Translations under genes and position numbers: made by a program
Shown: one piece after another, positions 56,534 through 64,000 of the stretch
How the letters are laid out: every line of letters begins with the position of its first letter
Position numbering within the stretch: position 1 is the first letter of the stretch
Origin: Thermoplasmata archaeon
GTDB taxonomy: Archaea; Thermoplasmatota; Thermoplasmata; Lutacidiplasmatales; UBA184
DNA length: 64,000 bases
Assembly (NCBI GenBank): GCA_027365105.1
Contig: DAHXNZ010000008.1
Coordinates: 129-64,128 of the forward strand
Direction of reading: 5' to 3'
Notes under the pieces: model-generated
Told to the model about the DNA's origin: nothing
Database searches by the model: none
What the model saw: only the letters and a program-made list of their open reading frames with translations

Positions 56534-59500
56534 CTACGAGCTGATCCCGTGCTCCGTCTTGGCGTGTTCCTTCAGTTCCTCAGGGGTGGCGAAAGACCGG
56601 TTGCAGACGTTGCACTGGTTCGCCGGCGCGGTGCTCGACTGCTGCTGCCAGGCCTGGGCCGGAGTGCTCTTCGGGGTCGCCATCATCGAGCGCGCCAGAA
56701 GGAGCGCCACGATCATGCCGATGATCAGACCAACCACCAGCAGGATGGTTCCCGAGGAGCCGGCGTTGAGTCCCTTGAACAGCGAGCCGTTGCTGTAGAC
56801 TGTGGTGTTCTGGTAGACCGTTCCGCCCGACGAGACCACCGTCAGGTCACCGTGGATGCTCATGGTCCCGTAGCTGGTCACCAAGGTCAGCACCCAGGGG
56901 TAGACACCGGCGTTGGCAGCGTACCAGACCGCCGTCGTCGGAACGGTCGGGCTGGCCCAGGCCAAGCTCGAATTGAACAGGACCACCGTCGTGGTCGGCG
57001 CCGACACCACGATCTCCACGCTTTGGACGTACTGAGCCGTATAGTACGCCGTGAACGAGATGTTTCCGGTCGACATGCTCGTACTGGGGCTCAGCAGGGC
57101 GAGCGCGAGCGGGCTGAAGATGATGGAGGTCGTCTGGCTAGTGGTGGTGTTCAACTCCCCAAAGACGCTCACATAGGTGGTGAGCTGGGCCGCGTGGAGG
57201 GTCAGGAGCGGGCAGTTCAGCAGCGCCTGGGTGCCGATCACGATCGGGGTCACCGCGAACGAGTAGGAGGTGATGCCGGGCGTGATCGAGGCGTTCTCCG
57301 ACGCGAAAGCACAGGTCGAACCGGTCAGACTGTCGCTGATCTGCATCCACAGGCTCACGTTCGCCTGGCTGATCCCGACTCCTACAACGCTGATGGTCAC
57401 GTTGTCGAAGAACGGCAGCATGGTATAGTTCCCGAGCACCGTGGTGGTGACAACGCTGGCATACCCATACGCCACGGACTGAGACGACGGGCCGCTGACG
57501 ACCAGCATCCCCGAGGAGATGTTGACCCCATAGCCGGGCACCGAGTCGATGGTGAACGGATAGGTCCCGTTCTCCTGATAGAGGACCAGCGAAGACGGTC
57601 CGGCCGAAGTCGTCCCGCTCGCACTCACGCCGTCCAGGGTGACCCCCCATCCAATACCCGCCGGAAGGCCGGTCTCGGTGAAGGTCACCGGTTCAAGCGG
57701 AAGGTAGGTCAGCGCCATTGCATCGCCTCCGTAGGTGATGAGTCCGCCATCGGTGTAAACCACGCCGAACGGGTTCGCCGGGGTTCCGTAGTTCGCCCAG
57801 AAATTTCCAGCGACCCCGAAGCCGCCCAGGATGTTCTCGACCGGGAAGACCGACGAGAGGTTCCAACTGTTGGTCGTGAAGAGGGCGAACGCACCCGTGT
57901 AGATGCTGAACGTCGGCATGATCGCGGGCTCCTGGTAGACGCCGAAGTAGTTGTTGATCACCTCAGTGCCGTTCTGGTCGAGGAGCATTCCCATCAACGG
58001 GAAGGTGTAGGGCGGGAAGTTGAGAGGGTTCGGGGCGCTCGGAGCGGAGCCGTTGATAAAGTTGTTTTCAACGAGGTCGTTGGTCCCGCCGAAGAGAATC
58101 AGCGCCTGGCTCTGGGTGTTGAAGGTGTTCCCATAGATGTAGTCCCCGGAAGAGTTCCAGAAGAGCACGTTCGAGTAGGTCGAGAAGAACGGCATGGAGT
58201 AGGCCTCGACGTAGTAGGAGGCCCAACCCGAAATCTGGTAACTGCCCGTCAACTCGAGGTTCTGGACCTCAAAGAACTGCATCTGGAGGTTGTTGGTTGC
58301 CGGGAAGCCGTAGATCTTCTGGTAGAAGAGCGCGTAGACTCCCGAGAACGGCGCGAGGTAAGAGAGCGCCGGAGCGGAGATGATCGTGTAGGCGGTGGTG
58401 TTCACGAAGAAGACCCCGTCAAAGACCGGGTAGGTGTAGTCGTTGACGACCCCGAAGGACGCGTTGAGCAGGCTGCCCTGGGAACTCGGCATCACATAGG
58501 GGCTGGTGGAAGTCCCGCTTCCCGAGACCGCAAGAGCGCCGAGCTGCGCGTTCGAGAACGCATAGAGCGGCGTGTAGACCTCAGTGTTGCTCACGAACAG
58601 GGTCACCGACAAGGTCGCCGGGATTCCCGCCGTCAGGGTGAACGTCCCGGAAGCCTGGCTGTAGCCGGACAGTTCCACGAGGTAGGAGTAGGTGCCCGGG
58701 TTGAGCAGGTAGGTCAGCGACGAAGTCGCACCGGCCACGACCACGCCGGTGGAGGCCGTCGGGGCCCACTGGGCATTCGAGGCATTGACCCCCGCCCCGT
58801 TGTTGACGAGGAAGAGGAACGCGTTGCTCGGGTCGAGCGTCACGGTGAGGGTCGTTGTCGTCTGAGGGGTGCCCCCGACCGCATTCGACACGTTCCAGAG
58901 CCCCTGCACGATCGACGCCCCGGCGTTGATCATCGCCTCGGGCATCCCGTTCGCACCGGTCTCCCAAGAGACCGCGGCACCGGCGACCGTCTCACCGGTC
59001 TCACCCCCGACATTGTAGGCCGAAGGTACTGACTGGTAGGAGGAGGTCGTGGTGTCCCAGTACATGAGCGACATGGTCGCATTGCCGGAGATGACGTTGG
59101 TGCTGCTGCCTCCACCGGGGCCGCCCATGATCATCTCGAAGTCGTTGGGCAGTCCGAGCGGGTTGTACCCGTACCCATCGGCCTGGTACATCGAGGCGGG
59201 AGCGGGGGTCCCGCCGGCCACCGTCGAGTTGAAGACGACGTAGTCGTAGGAGCCGCTGACCGTCTTGCCGGCGCTGTTGGTCACGGAGTAGTTGAAGAAG
59301 ACCGCGTTTCGCCCGCCGATCACTGTCGAATTGAGGTAGGAAGTCAGCGAGAACGGATAGGAGACCGTCATCGGAGCGGAGTAGGCGTAGTAGAACTGAG
59401 TCCCCACCTGGGTCCCGTTGGGCCCGTGAGCGTAGAAGACATTGGGCGAGAGGTAGCTCGCCGGGCTCGAGAAGTTCCAGACATTGTCCTCGAACTGGAG

Positions 59501-60130
59501 CTCGCCCGTGTTGATGTTGTAGGTGACCACATTCTGGGTCCAGAACTGGTAGCTGGCGCTACCAAAGAGTGACACACCGACGTCCACGGCATTCAGCTGA
59601 ACCCCGTAGAGCTGGGGGTTCGCCGTATCGAAGTAGAGCACCTGCAGGTTGCTCGGGGCAAAGGTTCCCGCAACGCTGGTGGTGTTCAGCATGTAGGGGG
59701 TGATCGTCCCGGAGTTGTTCTCCAGACCGAACTCACCGATACCCATCGGGGCCGGGCCGCCCTGGTAGGTGAGGCGCACATGGCCGTTGGCCAGCGTCGG
59801 GTTGAGGTTGTTGAAGTCCGGGAGGTAGACGGCACGTGCCGGAACGCCCAACGAAGCCGCGGTCTTCAGGATCTGCTCGGCCCGCCCGGAAAGGGTCGGG
59901 GCCTTGGTGTTCAAGGCGTGGGTGACGCTCGGGGCCGTCGAGGCCGTGGAGGGTGAGGGAACGGCCGGTCCCGCCGTCGCCCCGGAGGCGGAAGGGAGCG
60001 GCGCAGCCCCGATTCCGGCAACGGGAGTGACGCTGAACGCGGCGACCGACATGATCGCTACGACGGCCACAAGTCCGATCGTTAGCTTCTTCCACGCGCC
60101 CGGCGGTAGTCTATACATGGCGGCTCCCAT
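56534..60130 (-). CDS. giant secreted cell-surface glycoprotein (S-layer-like) with a C-terminal TM anchor and a cytoplasmic C2H2 zinc-finger tail
   Basis: Signal peptide (MGAAMYRLPPGAWKKLTIGLVAVVAIMSVAAF), ~1100 aa of Ser/Thr/Asn/Gly/Tyr-rich sequence with >50 N-x-S/T sequons, then a TM helix (ILLVVGLIIGMIVALLLA). The tail CNVCNRSFATPEELKEHAKTEH fits C-x2-C-x3-F-x5-L-x2-H-x4-H. Start taken at 60130. Confidence 0.8.
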   Translation of the reverse strand: MGAAMYRLPPGAWKKLTIGLVAVVAIMSVAAFSVTPVAGIGAAPLPSASGATAGPAVPSPSTASTAPSVTHALNTKAPTLSGRAEQILKTAASLGVPARAVYLPDFNNLNPTLANGHVRLTYQGGPAPMGIGEFGLENNSGTITPYMLNTTSVAGTFAPSNLQVLYFDTANPQLYGVQLNAVDVGVSLFGSASYQFWTQNVVTYNINTGELQFEDNVWNFSSPASYLSPNVFYAHGPNGTQVGTQFYYAYSAPMTVSYPFSLTSYLNSTVIGGRNAVFFNYSVTNSAGKTVSGSYDYVVFNSTVAGGTPAPASMYQADGYGYNPLGLPNDFEMIMGGPGGGSSTNVISGNATMSLMYWDTTTSSYQSVPSAYNVGGETGETVAGAAVSWETGANGMPEAMINAGASIVQGLWNVSNAVGGTPQTTTTLTVTLDPSNAFLFLVNNGAGVNASNAQWAPTASTGVVVAGATSSLTYLLNPGTYSYLVELSGYSQASGTFTLTAGIPATLSVTLFVSNTEVYTPLYAFSNAQLGALAVSGSGTSTSPYVMPSSQGSLLNASFGVVNDYTYPVFDGVFFVNTTAYTIISAPALSYLAPFSGVYALFYQKIYGFPATNNLQMQFFEVQNLELTGSYQISGWASYYVEAYSMPFFSTYSNVLFWNSSGDYIYGNTFNTQSQALILFGGTNDLVENNFINGSAPSAPNPLNFPPYTFPLMGMLLDQNGTEVINNYFGVYQEPAIMPTFSIYTGAFALFTTNSWNLSSVFPVENILGGFGVAGNFWANYGTPANPFGVVYTDGGLITYGGDAMALTYLPLEPVTFTETGLPAGIGWGVTLDGVSASGTTSAGPSSLVLYQENGTYPFTIDSVPGYGVNISSGMLVVSGPSSQSVAYGYASVVTTTVLGNYTMLPFFDNVTISVVGVGISQANVSLWMQISDSLTGSTCAFASENASITPGITSYSFAVTPIVIGTQALLNCPLLTLHAAQLTTYVSVFGELNTTTSQTTSIIFSPLALALLSPSTSMSTGNISFTAYYTAQYVQSVEIVVSAPTTTVVLFNSSLAWASPTVPTTAVWYAANAGVYPWVLTLVTSYGTMSIHGDLTVVSSGGTVYQNTTVYSNGSLFKGLNAGSSGTILLVVGLIIGMIVALLLARSMMATPKSTPAQAWQQQSSTAPANQCNVCNRSFATPEELKEHAKTEHGISS

Positions 60131-60280
60131 GAGACGCCCCCTTTTTAGGCTTTTCGCCCATTCGCTGTCCGAGTTCGACCCCCGGGACCAATCGGTTCTA
60201 CCGATAGGGAACCAGCCAAGGCAGGCTGTATAACACCACGAAGGGCTTATAGTGTCCTGGGAGAGCGCGAAGCTGTCGAC

Positions 60281-60835
60281 ATGACCTGGCACGTGGCGCT
60301 CTCCGGCACCCCGGGATCCGGCAAGTCCCGGGTGGCCGGTGAACTCCGGGGGCGACCGCCCTCGATCGAAGTCGGACCCCTGGCCGACCGGTTCGGCGCG
60401 GCGACGGCCGTCGGCCGGGGATGGATTGTCGATCTGCCGCGGCTCATCCGCGGCCTCCGCTCCCGGCCGACGGCCGAACCGCTCTGGGTCGGCCACCTCT
60501 CCCACCTGCTCCCGGTCCGTGCGGCGGTCGTGCTCCGATGCCACCCACGAAGGCTCCTGGCCCGCTTGGAAGGGTCGGCACGGCCGCTGCCCCGCCGGCT
60601 CCGCGAGGAGAATGCCGCCGCGGAGGCGCTCGCCGTCATCTCCGGGGAGGCGATCCGCCCCGGGGTCCGGCTCTGGGAGGTCGACACGACCGACCGGTCG
60701 GCCCGGGAGGTTGCCCGGGAGGTGCAGCGCCTTCTCGAGGAGCGGCCGGCGTGCCGGTACGGCGACGTCGACTGGCTCTCCGACTCCTGGGTGACCGAGG
60801 CCCTGCCCGGCTGGACACGGGGGTCGACGCGGTGA
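60281..60835 (+). CDS. P-loop NTPase, adenylate-kinase-like (AK6/Fap7-like) small kinase
   Basis: N-terminal Walker A (LSGTPGSGKSRVA) at ~184 aa. TATA-like GCTTATAG at 60246-60253 lies ~28 nt upstream of the ATG, so leaderless. Family assignment is tentative. Confidence 0.45.
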   Translation: MTWHVALSGTPGSGKSRVAGELRGRPPSIEVGPLADRFGAATAVGRGWIVDLPRLIRGLRSRPTAEPLWVGHLSHLLPVRAAVVLRCHPRRLLARLEGSARPLPRRLREENAAAEALAVISGEAIRPGVRLWEVDTTDRSAREVAREVQRLLEERPACRYGDVDWLSDSWVTEALPGWTRGSTR

Positions 60836-61494
60836 CCCTCAACCGGTACCGCGCCCGGGCGGAGCCGTGGCTGGCGAGGTCCACCCGGCCGTTCCTTCGC
60901 TGGTCACCCTCGACCCTGAGTCTTCTCGCCATCGCGACCGCGGGGCTCGCCGGGGCGATGGCCGCGGCGGTCCGATGGACCACCCCGCTGCTCTTCCTCG
61001 GGGTGGGGGCCTTGGTGATTCTTTCCGGCTTCTGGGACGCCGTGGACGGGGAGGTCGCCCGCCGGACCGGTCGAGCCTCGGTCCGGGGCGACTTCCTGGA
61101 CCATGTCCTCGACCGGTATGCCGACCTCTTCCTGCTCCTCGGGATCGCGGCCTCGGGGTTCGTCGACCCGGCGCTCGCGCTCCTCGCGCTCGTGAGCCTG
61201 CTCCTCACGAGCTATATGGGAACCCAGGCCCAGGCCGTCGGCCAGGGTCGGATGTACGGCGGGATCGTCGGGCGCGCCGATCGGCTCGTGATCCTGGCGG
61301 TCGCCTGCGTCCTGCAGTTCGACTGGTCCCTCCCCTGGCCGTGGGCGCCGACGAGGCCCTGGGAGTCGTTCTCGGCCCTCGGGCTCCGGTTCACGGTCCT
61401 CGACGTCGCGATGGCGCTCCTGGTCGTGACGAGCCAGTGGACCGCGCTCAGTCGGGCGATCCGGACCTACCGGATCCTGCCCCCGTCTCCGTAG
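60832..61494 (+). CDS. CDP-alcohol phosphatidyltransferase (archaeal lipid head-group synthase family)
   Basis: D-G-x2-A-R-x8-G-x3-D-x3-D motif (DAVDGEVARRTGRASVRGDFLDHVLDRYAD) inside a polytopic membrane protein. GTG start overlapping the upstream stop (GTGA). Confidence 0.7.
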   Translation: MTLNRYRARAEPWLARSTRPFLRWSPSTLSLLAIATAGLAGAMAAAVRWTTPLLFLGVGALVILSGFWDAVDGEVARRTGRASVRGDFLDHVLDRYADLFLLLGIAASGFVDPALALLALVSLLLTSYMGTQAQAVGQGRMYGGIVGRADRLVILAVACVLQFDWSLPWPWAPTRPWESFSALGLRFTVLDVAMALLVVTSQWTALSRAIRTYRILPPSP

Positions 61495-62599
61495 CCGGGT
61501 CGACGGGGGGGCGTTCCCTCCCGCCGCGGTTCCGGTAGTACTGGAGCGGGTGCTGAAGCCACGGGTCGAAGCACCGGTCGTCCCGACGGCGATCGTCCGG
61601 CGAGGCCGCCGCCGGATCGCCGTCGCGCACGCAGAGGCCGTGGCTCCGCAGGGTGGCGCACTCGGGAGGCTTGTAGCCTTCCCCTCCGCCGTGCTGGGTG
61701 ATATGCTCGACCTGGTAGCGGGTGATCGACTCGTCGAAATCGGGCGCCCCCCGGAAGGCGTCGACGATCGTCTCCCGGTCGGCGCCAACCCGATGCAGGA
61801 ACGCCGCCAGGGCGAACCGGCCGGCGTGGGAGAGGTTCTCCCCCGCCTCGAGCGTCCGGCGCATCTTCCGCAGGCAGGGAGGGAACCAGTCGGGTCGGAT
61901 CGATCCCAGACCGGGCGCGGGCCCCGCGGACGGAGAGGGGATCCGGTCGAGGAGCTCCGCTTCGAGGGGCGCCTCCGACTCCCGGATCGCGCGGACGATC
62001 GACGGGTCGAGCGGGATCGGCTCGGCGAGGGTCCGCCGGATCCCTTCCTCGAGGATCCGGGCGCCCCGGGCGGGATCGACCCGGACGGTGCCACGACGCA
62101 GCCGCTGGCCGGCGAGCCGGAAGTCGGCCTCACGGATCGGGGTGGCCAGGCGGAGGTAGGCGATGAGGGGCAGCCGGATCTCCCGGTCGACCGCCTCCAG
62201 GGCAAACCCGAGCCGGCGGCCGACCTCGGCGATTTCGTCGGCCCCGGCCCGCTCGAGACGGGCGCTCGCCCGCTTCGACTCGGCGACGGCCCAGCGACGC
62301 CGCGCGGCCGGATGGGCGAAGGCGCTGAGCGCGTACCGCGCGAACAGGAAGGAGAGGAACTTTTCCTCCTCCGACGCGCGGTCCAGTTCTTCGACCGCCG
62401 CGGCACCCCGGGGATCCCCGGCCGCGGCCCGGATCCGGGCCCGGCCGACCAGCCGGCAGAGCTCGAACGCGGGATCCCCCAGCAGCTCCCGGACCGACGC
62501 CCCGAGTCCCGAGGCGATCGTCGCGGCGCCCGGCAAGAACGGGTACGCGGCGAACAGCGTCCGTTCGTCTACCCTAGACGAGGCACGATGAATTGCCAT
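61448..62599 (-). CDS. priL: DNA primase large subunit PriL
   Basis: C-terminal Fe-S domain pattern (HGGGEGYKPPECATLRSHGLC...C) and an N-terminal helical domain. Recognised by motif memory, not searched. Overlaps the upstream S2P gene by 31 nt. Confidence 0.6.
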   Translation of the reverse strand: MAIHRASSRVDERTLFAAYPFLPGAATIASGLGASVRELLGDPAFELCRLVGRARIRAAAGDPRGAAAVEELDRASEEEKFLSFLFARYALSAFAHPAARRRWAVAESKRASARLERAGADEIAEVGRRLGFALEAVDREIRLPLIAYLRLATPIREADFRLAGQRLRRGTVRVDPARGARILEEGIRRTLAEPIPLDPSIVRAIRESEAPLEAELLDRIPSPSAGPAPGLGSIRPDWFPPCLRKMRRTLEAGENLSHAGRFALAAFLHRVGADRETIVDAFRGAPDFDESITRYQVEHITQHGGGEGYKPPECATLRSHGLCVRDGDPAAASPDDRRRDDRCFDPWLQHPLQYYRNRGGRERPPVDPATETGAGSGRSGSPD

Positions 62600-63987
62600 A
62601 CGATCAGCAGCACGACGATCAGCGACGAGGTGACGGCGACCCGGCCCCCGAAGTCGTCAAGCCGGGCCGAACTCCAGCCCTTCCGGAGCCGGGCCATGAG
62701 GGCCGCGGCGTAGTCCCGGACCAGGAGCCCGCCGTCCAAGGGGATCAGCGGGAGCGCGTTCGAGGCGCCCAGGAGGAGGTTCATCCAGCTCAGCCAGTAG
62801 AGGAGGTTGGCCCCGATCCAGAAGGTCCCGGGATCGACCGAGGCCCAGATCCCGGTGAGGTGAAAGAATCCGGTCGTGGGGGCGGCGACCGGCTCGAGGG
62901 TCGCGAGGGGCAGGACGAGCCAGTTGACGAGCCCGGCCTGCGGTGTCGCCGCGCTCGTGAGCGGGCTCACCCACGTCGCCTTGAGCTGGGTCGGGGTCAG
63001 GTAGTTCACCGCGACGCCGAGGAATCCCCGGGTACCGTTGGTGGGATTCCGGGCGAGCGGCACGAGTTCGGTCACCACCCGACCGGCGCGGTCCGAATAG
63101 AACCCCACCGTGACGACCTGGTGCGGGTGGGAGGCGGCCAGTAGGTTCTCGAACTGGAGGGTCGAGGTGATCGGCGTGCCGTTGACCGCGGTGATGATGT
63201 CGCCCGGCGCGAGCGAGGCGTTCGCCGCCGGGGAGTGGGCGACGACCTGGACGACCCCGACCCCGTTCGCGTTCGCCGCGATGCCGCCGCTCAGGACCGC
63301 AGCGAGGAGGAGGAAGAAGACGACCGCCAGGGCGAAGTTCGCGAGGATCCCGGCGGCCGCGATCCGGTCGCGCGATCGGCGCGAGGCGCGCTGCATCTCC
63401 TCGTCGTCCTGCTCGACGAACGCCCCGATCGGAACGACGCACCAGAGGATGCCGAGGCTCTTCACCCCCACCTTCTGGGACCGGGCGAGCACGCCGTGCA
63501 TGAGCTCGTGGAGCACGATCCCGATCACCAACGCGACCAGTCCGTAGCCGATCGGGATGATCGGGTTGATGCCGGGGAGACCGAGCGCCTCCTGGGGGGT
63601 GGGCGCCTGGGCGGCGGTCAACGACAGGGAGACGTAGGCGTCGAGCAGCAGGAGCGCGATCATCGCGACCATCGACGCGGCGGCCAGGAGGATCCCCAGG
63701 TCGCCCGCGGCGCTCCAGAGGCGGCGGAACCGGCCCCAGCGGTCGAGCGCGGCCCGACCGCGTCGGGTCTTGATCATCAGCGCGGGACCGAGGAGCGAGA
63801 GGCTCCGGTCCGCGCCGATGAGGCCGGCCCGGTACAGTCCGTAGACGGCGAGCCCGTAGGCGACGATGACCAGGGCGACGATGAGATAGCCGTTGATGGC
63901 GAACACTCCCGAGCCGCTCCCCCGTTCGGACCGGAAGGCCCCATATGGCGCTTTGCCACCCGGCGGGGGGAGGGACGACCGGGGCAC
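62569..63987 (-). CDS. site-2 protease family (M50) membrane metalloprotease with a PDZ domain
   Basis: HExxH (HELMHG) inside a TM helix, a PDZ-like segment (AHSPAANASLAPGDIITAVNG), and a second zinc-ligand region near LPLIPLDGG. May extend beyond the window end. Confidence 0.75.
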   Translation of the reverse strand: MPRSSLPPPGGKAPYGAFRSERGSGSGVFAINGYLIVALVIVAYGLAVYGLYRAGLIGADRSLSLLGPALMIKTRRGRAALDRWGRFRRLWSAAGDLGILLAAASMVAMIALLLLDAYVSLSLTAAQAPTPQEALGLPGINPIIPIGYGLVALVIGIVLHELMHGVLARSQKVGVKSLGILWCVVPIGAFVEQDDEEMQRASRRSRDRIAAAGILANFALAVVFFLLLAAVLSGGIAANANGVGVVQVVAHSPAANASLAPGDIITAVNGTPITSTLQFENLLAASHPHQVVTVGFYSDRAGRVVTELVPLARNPTNGTRGFLGVAVNYLTPTQLKATWVSPLTSAATPQAGLVNWLVLPLATLEPVAAPTTGFFHLTGIWASVDPGTFWIGANLLYWLSWMNLLLGASNALPLIPLDGGLLVRDYAAALMARLRKGWSSARLDDFGGRVAVTSSLIVVLLIVWQFIVPRLG

Positions 63988-64000
63988 CGGGCGACGCCCC

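Noticed and set aside
56318-59032. 904-aa plus-strand ORF
   Set aside because: It is antisense to the giant surface glycoprotein gene. Its composition (Arg/Gly/Asp/His runs) is not protein-like, and it has no signal peptide or motif.

Overview
This 64 kb window is a compact, high-GC (~68-70%) chromosomal segment from an archaeon. The archaeal assignment rests on aIF2-gamma, TFB, PCNA, PriL, PurP, Pth2, exosome Csl4, an S6e-aIF2gamma cluster and eno-rps2 synteny. Most transcripts look leaderless, with a TATA element about 25-35 nt upstream of the start codon. I call about 60 genes on both strands, all by eye from motifs; no database search was run. Roughly 45 have a recognisable family; the rest are hypothetical membrane or small proteins or weak calls.

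Gene content:
- Translation and information processing: CysRS, AlaX, PheS/PheT, S6e, S2, aIF2-gamma, a Trm112-like protein, Pth2, SRP54, TFB, PCNA, ATP-dependent DNA ligase, PriL and Csl4.
- Propionate / acyl-CoA metabolism: a methylmalonyl-CoA mutase small subunit with MeaB, and separately the large subunit with the epimerase; plus a thiolase and an acyl-CoA dehydrogenase.
- Other central metabolism: PRPP synthetase, PurP, NadB, enolase, ribulose-phosphate 3-epimerase, phosphopantothenate synthetase and an SHMT-like enzyme.
- Transport: a complete Opp/Dpp-type ABC importer (permease, permease, ATPase, ATPase), and an ABC-2 exporter pair.
- RNA genes: one intron-containing tRNA-Leu(UAA).

Most notable observations:
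- Two giant secreted/surface proteins sit on the minus strand. One is a 1199-aa N-glycosylation-sequon-rich protein with a C-terminal membrane anchor and a cytoplasmic C2H2 zinc-finger tail. The other is an oversized (~1030 aa) family-5 substrate-binding protein encoded convergently to its ABC operon. Both end with a near-identical 3' element: a GC hairpin followed by UAACCCUUUCC...CUUUUCUUU.
- Several divergent gene pairs share a single palindromic TATA box.
- Two stand-alone Cas4/RecB-like PD-(D/E)XK nucleases are present, one of them atypical, with no CRISPR array or cas genes in the window.
- Several unusually long non-coding gaps (400-720 nt) could hold unannotated structured RNAs.

No mobile elements and no CRISPR repeats were seen.
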